A DNA stretch of 64,000 nt, taken from Armatimonadota bacterium. GTDB taxonomy: Bacteria; Armatimonadota; Zipacnadia; Zipacnadales; JABUFB01. Position numbers and translations under genes: made by a program. The stretch is taken from positions 725,036 through 789,035 of the forward strand of contig JABUFB010000008.1 in assembly GCA_013314775.1 (NCBI GenBank), read 5' to 3'. Under the pieces are notes generated by a model. The model did not search any database and was not told the DNA's origin. It saw nothing but the letters and a program-made list of their open reading frames with translations. Below, piece after piece: positions 1-8,728 of the stretch; the first letter of the stretch is position 1, and each line of letters begins with the position of its first letter.

Positions 1-5
1 AGCGG

Positions 6-1520
6 GTGAACAAGCGCGAGGGGGTACCGGACGCCACGGGCCACAGGTATGAGATCAGTGTGCCTGATGCCGGGAAGCTGGTGGTGCGAGACGTTGATGA
101 GGGCAAGGTGATCGCGGAGGCGCCTGTCACCGACAAGATGGGGATTCCGGGAATCGAGCCGGGGAAGCTGACCCTGACCGGCACGCCGCCCGTGGGCGCA
201 AAGTGGATAGTTGAGACCACTGCCCCCGCCCGGTGCGAGTACCAGGTGCATGACGGGATGGTAACCCACCGCATCGCGCAGTTCATCGAGTTAGTGCTGG
301 CCGACCCGGAGCTGAATGCGGCCTACGGGGACAAGGCCCGAGAGTACCTGGCGCTCCTGGACCGGCATTTCCTGCGAAAGTGGGAATCGACGTGGGTGGA
401 CCTGCCCGGCGGAGCGGGTCTGTACAAGTTTACGGACAATCCTACCCAGCGCTTCCCGGGTTACAGCCTGCCTCACAACCAGTACCTCGCGCTGGCCCGA
501 ACCTGGCTGGTGCTCAAGGACATCCCCGGGTACGAGGGCGCGGACCTTTGCCTGAGACGGGCCACGGCAATGGCCACATACTTCAAGCAGAACCTGCGAT
601 TAGTGGGCCATGCGTACGAGTGGAACTACTGGGACCCGCTACCCCACGAAGAGGGCGTGCGCCGCAGTGTTGAGGACTACAGCCACGCGACCATCGACGT
701 CGGGTTCGCCATCGAAGCCGCCGGGCGCAACGTGGTCTTCGATGCAACGGACCTCACCCGTTTCGCGTCGACCTACGTTGACGTGATGTGGAATCAGAAC
801 CGGGAACATCCGCGCTTTGGCGCGCGGGTGAATACCAACGTGGGTGACAAGGTTGCCTGGGCCGACTGGATCGAGCTGGGCGTCAAGGACGAGCGGGCCT
901 GGGAGCTTGCCCAGTTGCTGTTCCTGGACCTGCAGCGACAGATATCCATGTGTCCCACCATCTGTGAGATCATCCGCCAGCGCGACGGGGTCCCGCCTGA
1001 AGACCTGCCCGTGTTCCGCGAGGGCACAAAGATGCTGAGCAACTTGCTGAGCGCCGAACTGCCCAATGCCGGCTTCGAAATTGGCACGAAAGACAGCCCG
1101 TTCATGTGGCAGTGCGGAGTCTGGAGTGAAGGCGGTGAGGGCTCCCTGTTCGAGCGCGTCCAGCCCGGTCACACCGGCGATTGGGCACTGATGATGACCG
1201 GGCGCGGTACCAGAGTGAACCAGGTAGCCCAGAGCCGGCGCTTCCGAGTTGAGGGGAAGACGCGGGTGAGGGTGAGGGCATGGTACAGAACGGAGGAGAC
1301 GCCGGCGCCGGTCTTCTCGCTGATGAGTTATGATGCGAAGGGTGAGCGGCTGCAGTATGATTACTCGCCGAAGTTCGCGCCGACCCAGGACTGGGCTCTC
1401 GCGGAACACGAGTTCGCGCTGAAGGAAGGAGCCACGAGCGCCGAGGTGCTCCTTCGTAACGGCGCGGTGGGAACGGTCTACTATGATGACGTTCAGATTG
1501 AAAGGCTTGACGACGAGTAG
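6..1520 (+). CDS. Hypothetical protein with a C-terminal carbohydrate-binding-module-like tail, probably polysaccharide-active. Likely 5'-truncated by the window edge: the frame is open to position 3 and there is no signal peptide or typical N-terminus.
   Basis: Long ORF followed 14 nt later by the DegT gene. The C-terminal roughly 130 aa (..RVRAWYRTEE..VYYDDVQIERL) resemble a CBM4/9-like beta-sandwich ending. The first in-frame codon is GTG at position 6 and the frame stays open upstream. Confidence 0.45.
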   Translation: MNKREGVPDATGHRYEISVPDAGKLVVRDVDEGKVIAEAPVTDKMGIPGIEPGKLTLTGTPPVGAKWIVETTAPARCEYQVHDGMVTHRIAQFIELVLADPELNAAYGDKAREYLALLDRHFLRKWESTWVDLPGGAGLYKFTDNPTQRFPGYSLPHNQYLALARTWLVLKDIPGYEGADLCLRRATAMATYFKQNLRLVGHAYEWNYWDPLPHEEGVRRSVEDYSHATIDVGFAIEAAGRNVVFDATDLTRFASTYVDVMWNQNREHPRFGARVNTNVGDKVAWADWIELGVKDERAWELAQLLFLDLQRQISMCPTICEIIRQRDGVPPEDLPVFREGTKMLSNLLSAELPNAGFEIGTKDSPFMWQCGVWSEGGEGSLFERVQPGHTGDWALMMTGRGTRVNQVAQSRRFRVEGKTRVRVRAWYRTEETPAPVFSLMSYDAKGERLQYDYSPKFAPTQDWALAEHEFALKEGATSAEVLLRNGAVGTVYYDDVQIERLDDE

Positions 1521-1603
1521 GGCTTGGGAAGGTCGTGCCGGCTGCGCGGGGAATACGTGGTCTTCGCTCGAATGTCGGCAGGCGCATGCAAGGGAGGACT
1601 GCA

Positions 1604-2881
1604 ATGCCAACGAAGCTTGCCATTGACGGCGGCTCACCGGTCGTGCCCGAGGGCATGATCAAGAGCTGGCCGGTGATCACCGACGCGGACCGCGAGGCGC
1701 TGGTTTCGGTGCTGGATAGCGGCCATCTGCACGGAACCAGCGCACCACTGGCCACCGAGCTCCAGAGGCGCTGGGCCGAGTACTGCGGGACGAAATACGC
1801 TATCGTCACCAGCAGCGGCACTGGAGCGCTGCACATGTCGCTGATGGCAGCCGGAGTGATGCCCGGCGACGAGGTAATCGTTCCCGCTTTCACGTACTGG
1901 GCCACAGTGGTCCCGGTGGTGCAGCAGAGCGGCATCCCGATCTTCGCGGACATCGATCCGGAGACGTACACCCTGGACCCGGCGAAAATCGAGGAGCGCA
2001 TCACCGATCATACGAAAGCGATCCTGCCGGCGCATATCCATGGTATGCCGGCAGATATGGACCCCATCAATGAGATCGCCCGCAAGCACGGACTGGTTGT
2101 AATTGAGGACGCCTGCCAGGCCCACGGGGCCATGTACAAGGGGCACAAGACCGGCTCTCTGGGCGATGTGGCGGGGTTCAGCTGCAACCGTTCCAAGTGC
2201 CTGTCCGGCGGCGAGGGCGGGCTCGTGACGACCAGCCACGATGATTTCGCCGCTGTAGCCGACCGCTGCCGAGTCGTCGGCCCCATCCCGCAGACCACGC
2301 GTGACCCGATCTACGCGCTGGGCTGGGGATACCGGCCCCATGAGTTCGTGAACGCCTTCATCCTGAGCCAGCTCGACCGCCTCGACGAGTACAACGGCAT
2401 CCGTAGAAAGTATGCGGCGTATATCACGCAGGAGTTGGCGAAAATACCCGGATTTGAGGGGCCCGTCACTCCGGACTGGGCGGATCCGTGCTACTTCTGC
2501 TATGTGGTAACATTCAGGCCCGATCAACTAGGGCTGGATTGCACGGCGCAGGAGTGGAAAGAAGCGTGCAAGAGGGCCCTTGCCGCCGAGGGCATGGGGC
2601 TGGGGAACTGGCAGTATGAGCCGGTGCCGGGCATGAGCGTATTCCGTGACAAGGTGGGTTTCGGCAAGGGACACCCCTGGAGCAGCCCATTCGCCCGGCA
2701 GGACGTGGTTTACGACCCCGAGGAATACCCGGCCGCGAAGGAGTTCATCAGCAGTCACGCCTATCTGGGCGGCGTCTACCCTCCCAACGGCATGGACCTG
2801 ATGGAGCTGTACGTGCAGGGCTTTCAGAAGATCAGCGAGAACGCGCAGCGGGTTCTCGAATCCGCGCGCGAACAGGGATAG
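1604..2881 (+). CDS. DegT/DnrJ/EryC1/StrS-family PLP-dependent sugar or aminocyclitol aminotransferase
   Basis: N-terminus MPTKLAIDGGSPV, with motifs TSSGTGALHMSL and IEDACQAHGA and a lysine region SKCLSGGEGG typical of DegT-family aminotransferases. GGGAGG RBS at 1592-1597 sits 6 nt before ATG 1604. The ORF-track start at 1535 lacks an RBS. Confidence 0.85.
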   Translation: MPTKLAIDGGSPVVPEGMIKSWPVITDADREALVSVLDSGHLHGTSAPLATELQRRWAEYCGTKYAIVTSSGTGALHMSLMAAGVMPGDEVIVPAFTYWATVVPVVQQSGIPIFADIDPETYTLDPAKIEERITDHTKAILPAHIHGMPADMDPINEIARKHGLVVIEDACQAHGAMYKGHKTGSLGDVAGFSCNRSKCLSGGEGGLVTTSHDDFAAVADRCRVVGPIPQTTRDPIYALGWGYRPHEFVNAFILSQLDRLDEYNGIRRKYAAYITQELAKIPGFEGPVTPDWADPCYFCYVVTFRPDQLGLDCTAQEWKEACKRALAAEGMGLGNWQYEPVPGMSVFRDKVGFGKGHPWSSPFARQDVVYDPEEYPAAKEFISSHAYLGGVYPPNGMDLMELYVQGFQKISENAQRVLESAREQG

Positions 2882-2890
2882 GAGCCTAAG

Positions 2891-3724
2891 ATGAAGCTTG
2901 GTTTCATGATCTATTCGCTCAGCCGGTCGCTTGCAGATGGTACGCTGACAGTCCCCAGCGCTCTGGCGCTCATGAAGGACTGTGGCGTGGAGGGCGTAGA
3001 CATCACCGACGGGCACGTCACCGGATACACGGCGGCGGAAGTGCGTAAGATGGCGGAGGATGCGGGAATCGCGGTCTCAGCGTGGATCGGCGGGGGCAAT
3101 CTGACCACCAATGACCCGGAGATCCGCAAAGCATCGCTGGATACCATCCGCGCGCTCATTGACAAGTCTGCGGAAGCGGGCACCCGGAACCTGCTGGTCA
3201 CAACCGGTGGCTGCGCGCCCGATCAGGACAAGGCCGAGGGCCGGCGCAATGTGGCAGCCGGGCTTGCGGAAGTACTGCCGGTGGCGAAAGCGGCCGGGGT
3301 TGTGCTGTCCATCGAGGACTTCGGCAGCCCGGTTGCGCCGTACCAGAACTCGGCCGAATGCATGGAGACCTGCGAGCTTGCCGGCCCGGACCTGATGATG
3401 ACCTATGATTCCGGCAACATGGTTATGGCCGACGAGGACCCCGTGGAGTTCCTCCTGGCAGTCAAGAGCCGACTGGCCCATGCCCATGCAAAGGATTGGG
3501 AATTGCTGCCGCCGGACGCCGAACGCGGGCTCACCTCCCGGGCAGGAAAAAAGTATATCGGCACGGTCGTGGGCGCCGGGGTGCTGGACTACCCGGCGAT
3601 CATCCGTACGCTCAAGACCCTGAACTACACGGGCTACCTGTCCTTCGAATATGAAGGCACAGGCGACCCGGTGCAGGCTGCACGCGAAGGCACGGCATAT
3701 CTGCGCGATCTCATGGCAGACTGA
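2891..3724 (+). CDS. Sugar phosphate isomerase/epimerase (xylose-isomerase-like TIM barrel, AP-endonuclease-2 fold)
   Basis: 277 aa with the family's typical layout (GVEGVDI..., HAHAKD metal-site-like motif). Begins 10 nt after the DegT stop, suggesting operon coupling. Confidence 0.75.
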   Translation: MKLGFMIYSLSRSLADGTLTVPSALALMKDCGVEGVDITDGHVTGYTAAEVRKMAEDAGIAVSAWIGGGNLTTNDPEIRKASLDTIRALIDKSAEAGTRNLLVTTGGCAPDQDKAEGRRNVAAGLAEVLPVAKAAGVVLSIEDFGSPVAPYQNSAECMETCELAGPDLMMTYDSGNMVMADEDPVEFLLAVKSRLAHAHAKDWELLPPDAERGLTSRAGKKYIGTVVGAGVLDYPAIIRTLKTLNYTGYLSFEYEGTGDPVQAAREGTAYLRDLMAD

Positions 3725-3747
3725 CTCGCGGCTTGCCAACCGGACAA

Positions 3748-3775
3748 GGCGCCCCGCGAGGAATCGCGGGGCGCC
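3748..3775 (+). terminator. GC-rich hairpin terminator candidate after the isomerase gene (12-bp perfect stem GGCGCCCCGCGA / TCGCGGGGCGCC with a GGAA tetraloop)
   Basis: Perfect inverted repeat read directly from the sequence, 24 nt downstream of the stop. No U-tract follows, which is common in high-GC genomes. Confidence 0.5.
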
Positions 3776-3885
3776 TGCATTGGGGCCAGTGTCAAGAGTC
3801 TGCGTCACGGGGGCGATCGGATTGGCAGGCGATCTGAGGGGGTAAAAGGATGTTTCAGCCCACATTACACTCAGGAAAGGCAACC

Positions 3886-4503
3886 ATGAAACGCAGGCCT
3901 CTCGCCGGCTTCACACTCATCGAACTCCTGGTCGTCATCGCGATCATCGCGATCCTGGCAGCCATTCTCTTCCCGGTTTTCGCGCGAGCGCGGGAGAAAG
4001 CCCGGCAGAGTTCCTGCCTGTCCAACCTGAAGCAGATCACCCTCTCGCTACTCATGTACGCCGACGACTGGGACGAGACCCTTCCCTACTACCAGCGGCC
4101 GTGGGGCTACGCGTGGTACGACGACATCATCCCGTACATGAAGAACCGGCAGATTCTCGTCTGCCCCAGCAAGACCGACTGGAACCCCAGTGCCCCCACC
4201 CACAAGACGGGGTACGGTCTCAACGAAACCGTCTTCCCTTCGGGCAATGGCTCGCCGTGGCCGGTCCCGCCGATACCGCTGAGCGCCATCCAGAGCCCAT
4301 CGGAGACCATCGCAGGAGCCGACAAGAACCAGGGGAATGTGTACATCGTCGGGCTGTCTTTCTCGGGTTCGACTGCCTGGCCGTACAATGTGGACACCCG
4401 ACACAATGACGGCGCGAACTTTGCCTTCATGGACGGGCATGCCAAGTCCATGAGTAAGGGGGGCACGTGGTCGACGAGCAACACCATGTGGGACCTGTAC
4501 TGA
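3886..4503 (+). CDS. Prepilin-type N-terminal cleavage/methylation domain protein with a C-terminal H-X9-DG motif (DUF1559-like pseudopilin-type protein)
   Basis: Leader MKRRPLAG followed by [44 protein letters not shown]-terminal [16 protein letters not shown] matches H-X9-DG. ATG 3886 is preceded by GGAAAGG. Confidence 0.9.
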   Translation: MKRRPLAGFTLIELLVVIAIIAILAAILFPVFARAREKARQSSCLSNLKQITLSLLMYADDWDETLPYYQRPWGYAWYDDIIPYMKNRQILVCPSKTDWNPSAPTHKTGYGLNETVFPSGNGSPWPVPPIPLSAIQSPSETIAGADKNQGNVYIVGLSFSGSTAWPYNVDTRHNDGANFAFMDGHAKSMSKGGTWSTSNTMWDLY

Positions 4504-4525
4504 TCGTTATGGGCGGCGGATGCCA

Positions 4526-4556
4526 AAGGGCCCCCGAGTGATGACCGGGGGCCCTT
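4526..4556. terminator. Bidirectional hairpin terminator between convergent genes (AAGGGCCCCCG ... CGGGGGCCCTT)
   Basis: 9-10 bp perfect GC stem located between the stop at 4503 (plus) and the stop at 4580 (minus). Confidence 0.5.
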
Positions 4557-4579
4557 GCATTGCCACTGTCCAATCGCGC

Positions 4580-5419
4580 TCAGATTTCGGCCAGGAGTTT
4601 CTTCACGTACTCCAGGTCCAGCCGGGTCTGCTCGATGAGTTCCGACGTGGTCATGTCCTTGAAGCTGAAGCTGCCCTGGTATTCGCTGTGGAAGCTGCAG
4701 GGCCCGTCGAAGCCTGTCTGCTTGAGAAATCCGAATGCCTGCCTGAAGGGCGTCAGGCCCTCCCACACGGGGACGAGCTTGCCCTGCCAGCGCACATTCC
4801 CCTCGGCATCCTTCTCTGGGTAGAGCCCGGCGTTCTTGACGCCCACCATGTTGATCCGGTCACCGAGGAGGTCGAGCCCCTGTTTCCAGCCCGACCGGCC
4901 GCCCTCAAGGCCCATGTGGCACAGGTCTGGATATGCGCCGATGACAGTTGCCTCATACGGCTCAATGAGGTTCCAAACCACCGCGGACATGGCACTCAGG
5001 AAATCACCGGAGTGCACGTGAATGTTGGCGCTCACCCCGTATTTCATGGCCAGCTTGCTGATGCCCACCAGAGACATGCGCGCTTCCTCGATCTTCTCGC
5101 GCATCGTGCCGAACTCGCGCACCTGCCAGTAACCGAGCTTCAGGCGCGGAATCCCGTTGGCGGCCGCCGCACGGAAGATCGGCTCCGCAGTAGGGTCGTC
5201 CGCGCTGGTTATGTTTGTGGTGATCATCGGTACGCTCAGGCCCCTGTCGGCGAGGGCGCAGACCGCGGGCTCCAGGTCCTTTTCGACGCTCTCGGGCGAA
5301 ACGTGGCCACCGTCGCGCACGGTGAGGTCGACGCCTTCGAAGCCGAGGTCCTTGATGATGTCGCCGGCCTCGGCCACCGGGAACTCCTGGAGCATCTTGG
5401 AGAACATGATGAGTTGCAT
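4580..5419 (-). CDS. Sugar phosphate isomerase/epimerase (xylose-isomerase-like TIM barrel), second paralogue
   Basis: 279 aa, MQLIMFSKMLQEFPVAEAGDIIKDLGFEGVDL..., a typical TIM-barrel isomerase/epimerase layout. GGAGG lies 7 nt upstream of the ATG at 5419. Confidence 0.75.
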   Translation of the reverse strand: MQLIMFSKMLQEFPVAEAGDIIKDLGFEGVDLTVRDGGHVSPESVEKDLEPAVCALADRGLSVPMITTNITSADDPTAEPIFRAAAANGIPRLKLGYWQVREFGTMREKIEEARMSLVGISKLAMKYGVSANIHVHSGDFLSAMSAVVWNLIEPYEATVIGAYPDLCHMGLEGGRSGWKQGLDLLGDRINMVGVKNAGLYPEKDAEGNVRWQGKLVPVWEGLTPFRQAFGFLKQTGFDGPCSFHSEYQGSFSFKDMTTSELIEQTRLDLEYVKKLLAEI

Positions 5420-5461
5420 CGGAACCTCCGTGAATGAGGGAATCCGGTTCGGGAGCTCGGC

Positions 5462-5917
5462 TCAGCCGCCCTTCGTGTGCCACTGGTAGCCGATCTCAGG
5501 GTCATCCCAGGGCCGGCGGAGTTCATCAGGGCTGGCGTAGACGTAGTGCTCGGTGGGCACGTTGAGGACCAAGGCCATCTCGCTGCCCAGGCAGACCCAG
5601 CCGTGCCACACCCCCGGGGGAATCTGGATCAGGGTGCGGTTCAGTTCGCCGATGACGAAGGAGTTGGTTTCGCCGCGGGTCGGCGAGTTCTCGCGGCCGT
5701 CCCAGAGAGCGACTTTCACATTGCCCTTCACGCAGCAGAAGGAATCTGTCTGCTTGGCGTGAGCATGCCATGCCTTCACAATGCCCGGATACGTGGCGGA
5801 GATGTAGCACTGCCCGAATCCAAGGAAAAGCTCCTCGTCGTTGCGCAGGACCTCCATGAGGTACCCGCGGTCATCGGCGATGAGCTTCAGCGGCTTGGTG
5901 CGGACGCCATCAATCAT
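5462..5917 (-). CDS. Cupin-fold sugar epimerase/ketoisomerase (RmlC / FdtA / WxcM-like; dTDP-4-dehydrorhamnose 3,5-epimerase-related)
   Basis: MIDGVRTKPLKLIADDRGYLMEVLR... with HAHAKQTD and a conserved cupin core. GGGAGGG lies 11 nt upstream of ATG 5917. The ORF-track start at 5965 lacks an RBS. Confidence 0.7.
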   Translation of the reverse strand: MIDGVRTKPLKLIADDRGYLMEVLRNDEELFLGFGQCYISATYPGIVKAWHAHAKQTDSFCCVKGNVKVALWDGRENSPTRGETNSFVIGELNRTLIQIPPGVWHGWVCLGSEMALVLNVPTEHYVYASPDELRRPWDDPEIGYQWHTKGG

Positions 5918-5994
5918 CGTCCGGGTTCCCTCCCGGTAACAAGCGCAACGGGCAATGGCCGGCAACGGATCACGACCAGGTCCCGCAGTCCGGC

Positions 5995-7332
5995 TCAGTT
6001 TCCTGGCATGACCAGGCCGATTGCGTGCTGTTTCATCTGCTCGGCAGCGACCGCCTGCACGGTCTCGGCGCTGAGCCCGGCGATCTGTGCGATTATTGGA
6101 TCGTCGAGACTGACCTCGCCGGTCACCAGGTACCGGCGATTGAGCGCGGCGGCGGCGACACGCGGCTCATCCATCCCCAGAACACGGAGATTGATTGCCC
6201 GCGTCTTCGCCCGGGCGAGTTCCTCGGCGGCCAGGGGTTTCTCGCCAAGCGCTGCCAGTTTGCCCAGGAGAAGCTGGCGCGCGTCCTCGACCGACGTGGG
6301 CATAACGCCGACGATGATCGCCAGAGACGGCGTGTGCGATACGAGGACCGGCAGCACACCGGACGGCGCCTTCGGGCCGGAGCCTTCGGACCGTTCCAGG
6401 TTCGCGAGGCCTTCGTCCTGGGCCAGCGAACCGCCGGGGCCGGACAGGGCCGCGTTCAGGACAAGCCCGGCCGCGTAGCCTTCCGTCCCCACCGGTGGCA
6501 GCGGGATGCCCACCACGAGCACAGCCATGCGCAGCGCGGCGCTCTCCCCCACCTGTACCCGCGTGCGTGGCCGTCCCTGGACCACAGGCGTAGCCGGAGC
6601 CACCTTGCGGGACTCGAAACCGCCAAAGGCCGCGGTAGCGAGGTCAATGACGTCGCGCGCCGGAACGGGTCCGACTATGCAGAGACTGGCCAAATTGGGC
6701 ACGTAGTAGCTGCGGTAGAAAGACTTCACGTCAGCGAGGGTAATCCCCTCGAGGGTCTCACGGGTCCCGAAGACGGGCTGAGTGTGCGGCCCGTCACCAA
6801 GGAGCGCGTGCGAGAACAACCGGTAGGCCTCGATGTAGTTTTCCGCGCCCGATTCGGGACCGGTGCCGGAGGGGGAATTGGCCTTCTGCAGCACGATCTC
6901 GCGCGCGCTGACCACGTCGTCCTGGGTCCAGTCGGCGGCAAACACTGCCGGAGCCAGGAACTCCAGGAGGGGCTTGAGTTGCGCCGATGTCACCGACGCT
7001 GTGAACTCCACGCAGTCTTCCTGGGTCTCCACGCTGAACCCCGCGCCCTGGGTACCCTCCTGACGCAAGCTGGCAAGGCTCTCGGTGGTGTTCATCTGCG
7101 CGCGGATCTTCGAAAGGATGATCTGCTGGGTCAGGGCACGCAGACCGGCTTTCTCCGGGGGCACACGTTCCGGGCCGATGTTCAGCGCAAGATGGACGCC
7201 GCAGACATCACTGGCGCCCGATTCGAAGACCAGCACATTCATGCCGTTGGGCAGCAATAGCTGATCGGATGACGCGACGGATGCGATCATCATGAAGAGT
7301 ACTGCCACAGCCGGAGCGAAAGCGGGTTTCAT
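5995..7332 (-). CDS. M16-family (pitrilysin/PqqL-like) peptidase homologue with a signal peptide; lacks the HxxEH zinc motif, so probably a non-catalytic M16B-type subunit
   Basis: Signal peptide MKPAFAPAVAVLFMMIASVAS. Two-domain M16 architecture. The position of the inverted zinc motif reads ...GLRALTQQIIL... with no H-x-x-E-H anywhere. Start overlaps the upstream stop (ATGA). Confidence 0.7.
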   Translation of the reverse strand: MKPAFAPAVAVLFMMIASVASSDQLLLPNGMNVLVFESGASDVCGVHLALNIGPERVPPEKAGLRALTQQIILSKIRAQMNTTESLASLRQEGTQGAGFSVETQEDCVEFTASVTSAQLKPLLEFLAPAVFAADWTQDDVVSAREIVLQKANSPSGTGPESGAENYIEAYRLFSHALLGDGPHTQPVFGTRETLEGITLADVKSFYRSYYVPNLASLCIVGPVPARDVIDLATAAFGGFESRKVAPATPVVQGRPRTRVQVGESAALRMAVLVVGIPLPPVGTEGYAAGLVLNAALSGPGGSLAQDEGLANLERSEGSGPKAPSGVLPVLVSHTPSLAIIVGVMPTSVEDARQLLLGKLAALGEKPLAAEELARAKTRAINLRVLGMDEPRVAAAALNRRYLVTGEVSLDDPIIAQIAGLSAETVQAVAAEQMKQHAIGLVMPGN

Positions 7333-8717
7333 GGGGTCAGGCGGGCCTCCCAGACGGGGCCCGAGGCGGACTTGGGCCGGATGATCACCAGAGAATAGTT
7401 ATCGAGCCCCAGGTACTGCCTGGCCACTCTCTGGACGTCTTCGGCGGTGACCGATTCGAGAGTGGTGATGTAATCGATTGCGAACCGGTAGCTATCGATG
7501 GCCTCGTAGAAGCCCATCGAACTCACCTGGTTCTCGTAGCTGGAATTGTCGAAGGAGTAGCCGGCGCGAACCACGGCCTTCACGCCTGCAAGCTCCTCGG
7601 GCGTGAGAAGTGTATTGTGCAGCTTCTCAATCTCCGCAAGGATGATCTCACGGGTCTCAAGCTCCATTTGGGGCTTCGCCACACAGGTGACCAGGAACAG
7701 GCCGGGATCGCGTTTGGTGATGAACTCTACTTCGGGAACTGCCCCGATTTCCTCCTGACTGACGAAGGCCTGCATGAGACGGGCTTGCTGACCCTCGATG
7801 AGCAAGGCGTAAATCAGGTCCAGTGCGCAGACGTCGGGCTTGTTGGCGATACCCGCCGCGTGCCAGCCGAAGGACACCAGCGTGTTGCGGGTATCGGCTT
7901 TCTCCAGACGCGTACGCGTGTCGGTCTGGATCGGCTCCGGATCTGGTTCTCGCAGAGCAATGTTTCCCCGCGGGTACTTGCCGAACAGCTCACGGATCAG
8001 ATCGAGAGCCGCGGCGGCATCTATGTCTCCCACCACGATGAGGGCAGAGTTGTTGGGGACGAAATGGTTGCGGTGGTAAGCCGCGAGGTCCTCGGCATCG
8101 TACGCGGCGATGCCGTCAGGAGTGCCCGAGACCGGCCGCCCATATGGATGCTGGCGAAAGGCAGTCTCCCACATGGTCCGCCACAGCTTTCCCACCGGGC
8201 TGCTTTCCACGTCCATCAGGCGCCTGCGCAGGGTCTGAAGCTGATTGGCCCAGATCTCCTCTCTGAAGGAGGGCTCGAAGGTGGCGCGCGCAGTCCGGGC
8301 CAGGGCTTCGGGGAAGAAACCAGCGCTCGTGGTGATCCGGACGTGAGTCCCATCCGGAGTGGTGTAGCTGCTGATTCTCCCACCGCGATCTTCGATCCAG
8401 TCGGACAGGGAGAGGTCGTCGCCCGGAGCCGGGACGTCGTGGATCATGTGCCGGACCAGATCAGAGAGCCCCTGCTCGCTGTCCGTTTCGTAGAGCGGGC
8501 AGGCCTTGATGACGAGACCGGCGGATACCACTCCCCAGTTGCGCTCCGGTTTGATGATCACGCGCAGGCCGTTATCGAGGGCCGTCTCGCTGACGGTCTG
8601 CGAGTTGATCACCGGCGCCCCGATCGCGGGAAGAGTGAGCAGCAGCGTGACAGGCAGGAGCATGGAGGGGAATAGCCCAACTGCGGCATAGCGGTAAGCC
8701 CCGTGGCGAATGAGCAT
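7329..8717 (-). CDS. M16-family peptidase homologue with a signal peptide; the inverzincin motif is degenerate (LVRHMIHD in place of HxxEH)
   Basis: MLIRHGAYRYAAVGLFPSMLLPVTLLLTLPAIGAPV signal peptide. M16 fold motifs present (R/Y region HPYGRP). AGGAG lies 7 nt upstream of ATG 8717. The track start at 8732 is GTG. Confidence 0.7.
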   Translation of the reverse strand: MLIRHGAYRYAAVGLFPSMLLPVTLLLTLPAIGAPVINSQTVSETALDNGLRVIIKPERNWGVVSAGLVIKACPLYETDSEQGLSDLVRHMIHDVPAPGDDLSLSDWIEDRGGRISSYTTPDGTHVRITTSAGFFPEALARTARATFEPSFREEIWANQLQTLRRRLMDVESSPVGKLWRTMWETAFRQHPYGRPVSGTPDGIAAYDAEDLAAYHRNHFVPNNSALIVVGDIDAAAALDLIRELFGKYPRGNIALREPDPEPIQTDTRTRLEKADTRNTLVSFGWHAAGIANKPDVCALDLIYALLIEGQQARLMQAFVSQEEIGAVPEVEFITKRDPGLFLVTCVAKPQMELETREIILAEIEKLHNTLLTPEELAGVKAVVRAGYSFDNSSYENQVSSMGFYEAIDSYRFAIDYITTLESVTAEDVQRVARQYLGLDNYSLVIIRPKSASGPVWEARLTP

Positions 8718-8728
8718 CCAGTTTCTCC

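Noticed and set aside
4520-5437. 305-aa plus-strand ORF overlapping the TIM-barrel isomerase gene
   Set aside because: Antisense to a well-supported isomerase/epimerase ORF that has a GGAGG RBS. The translation has no motifs.
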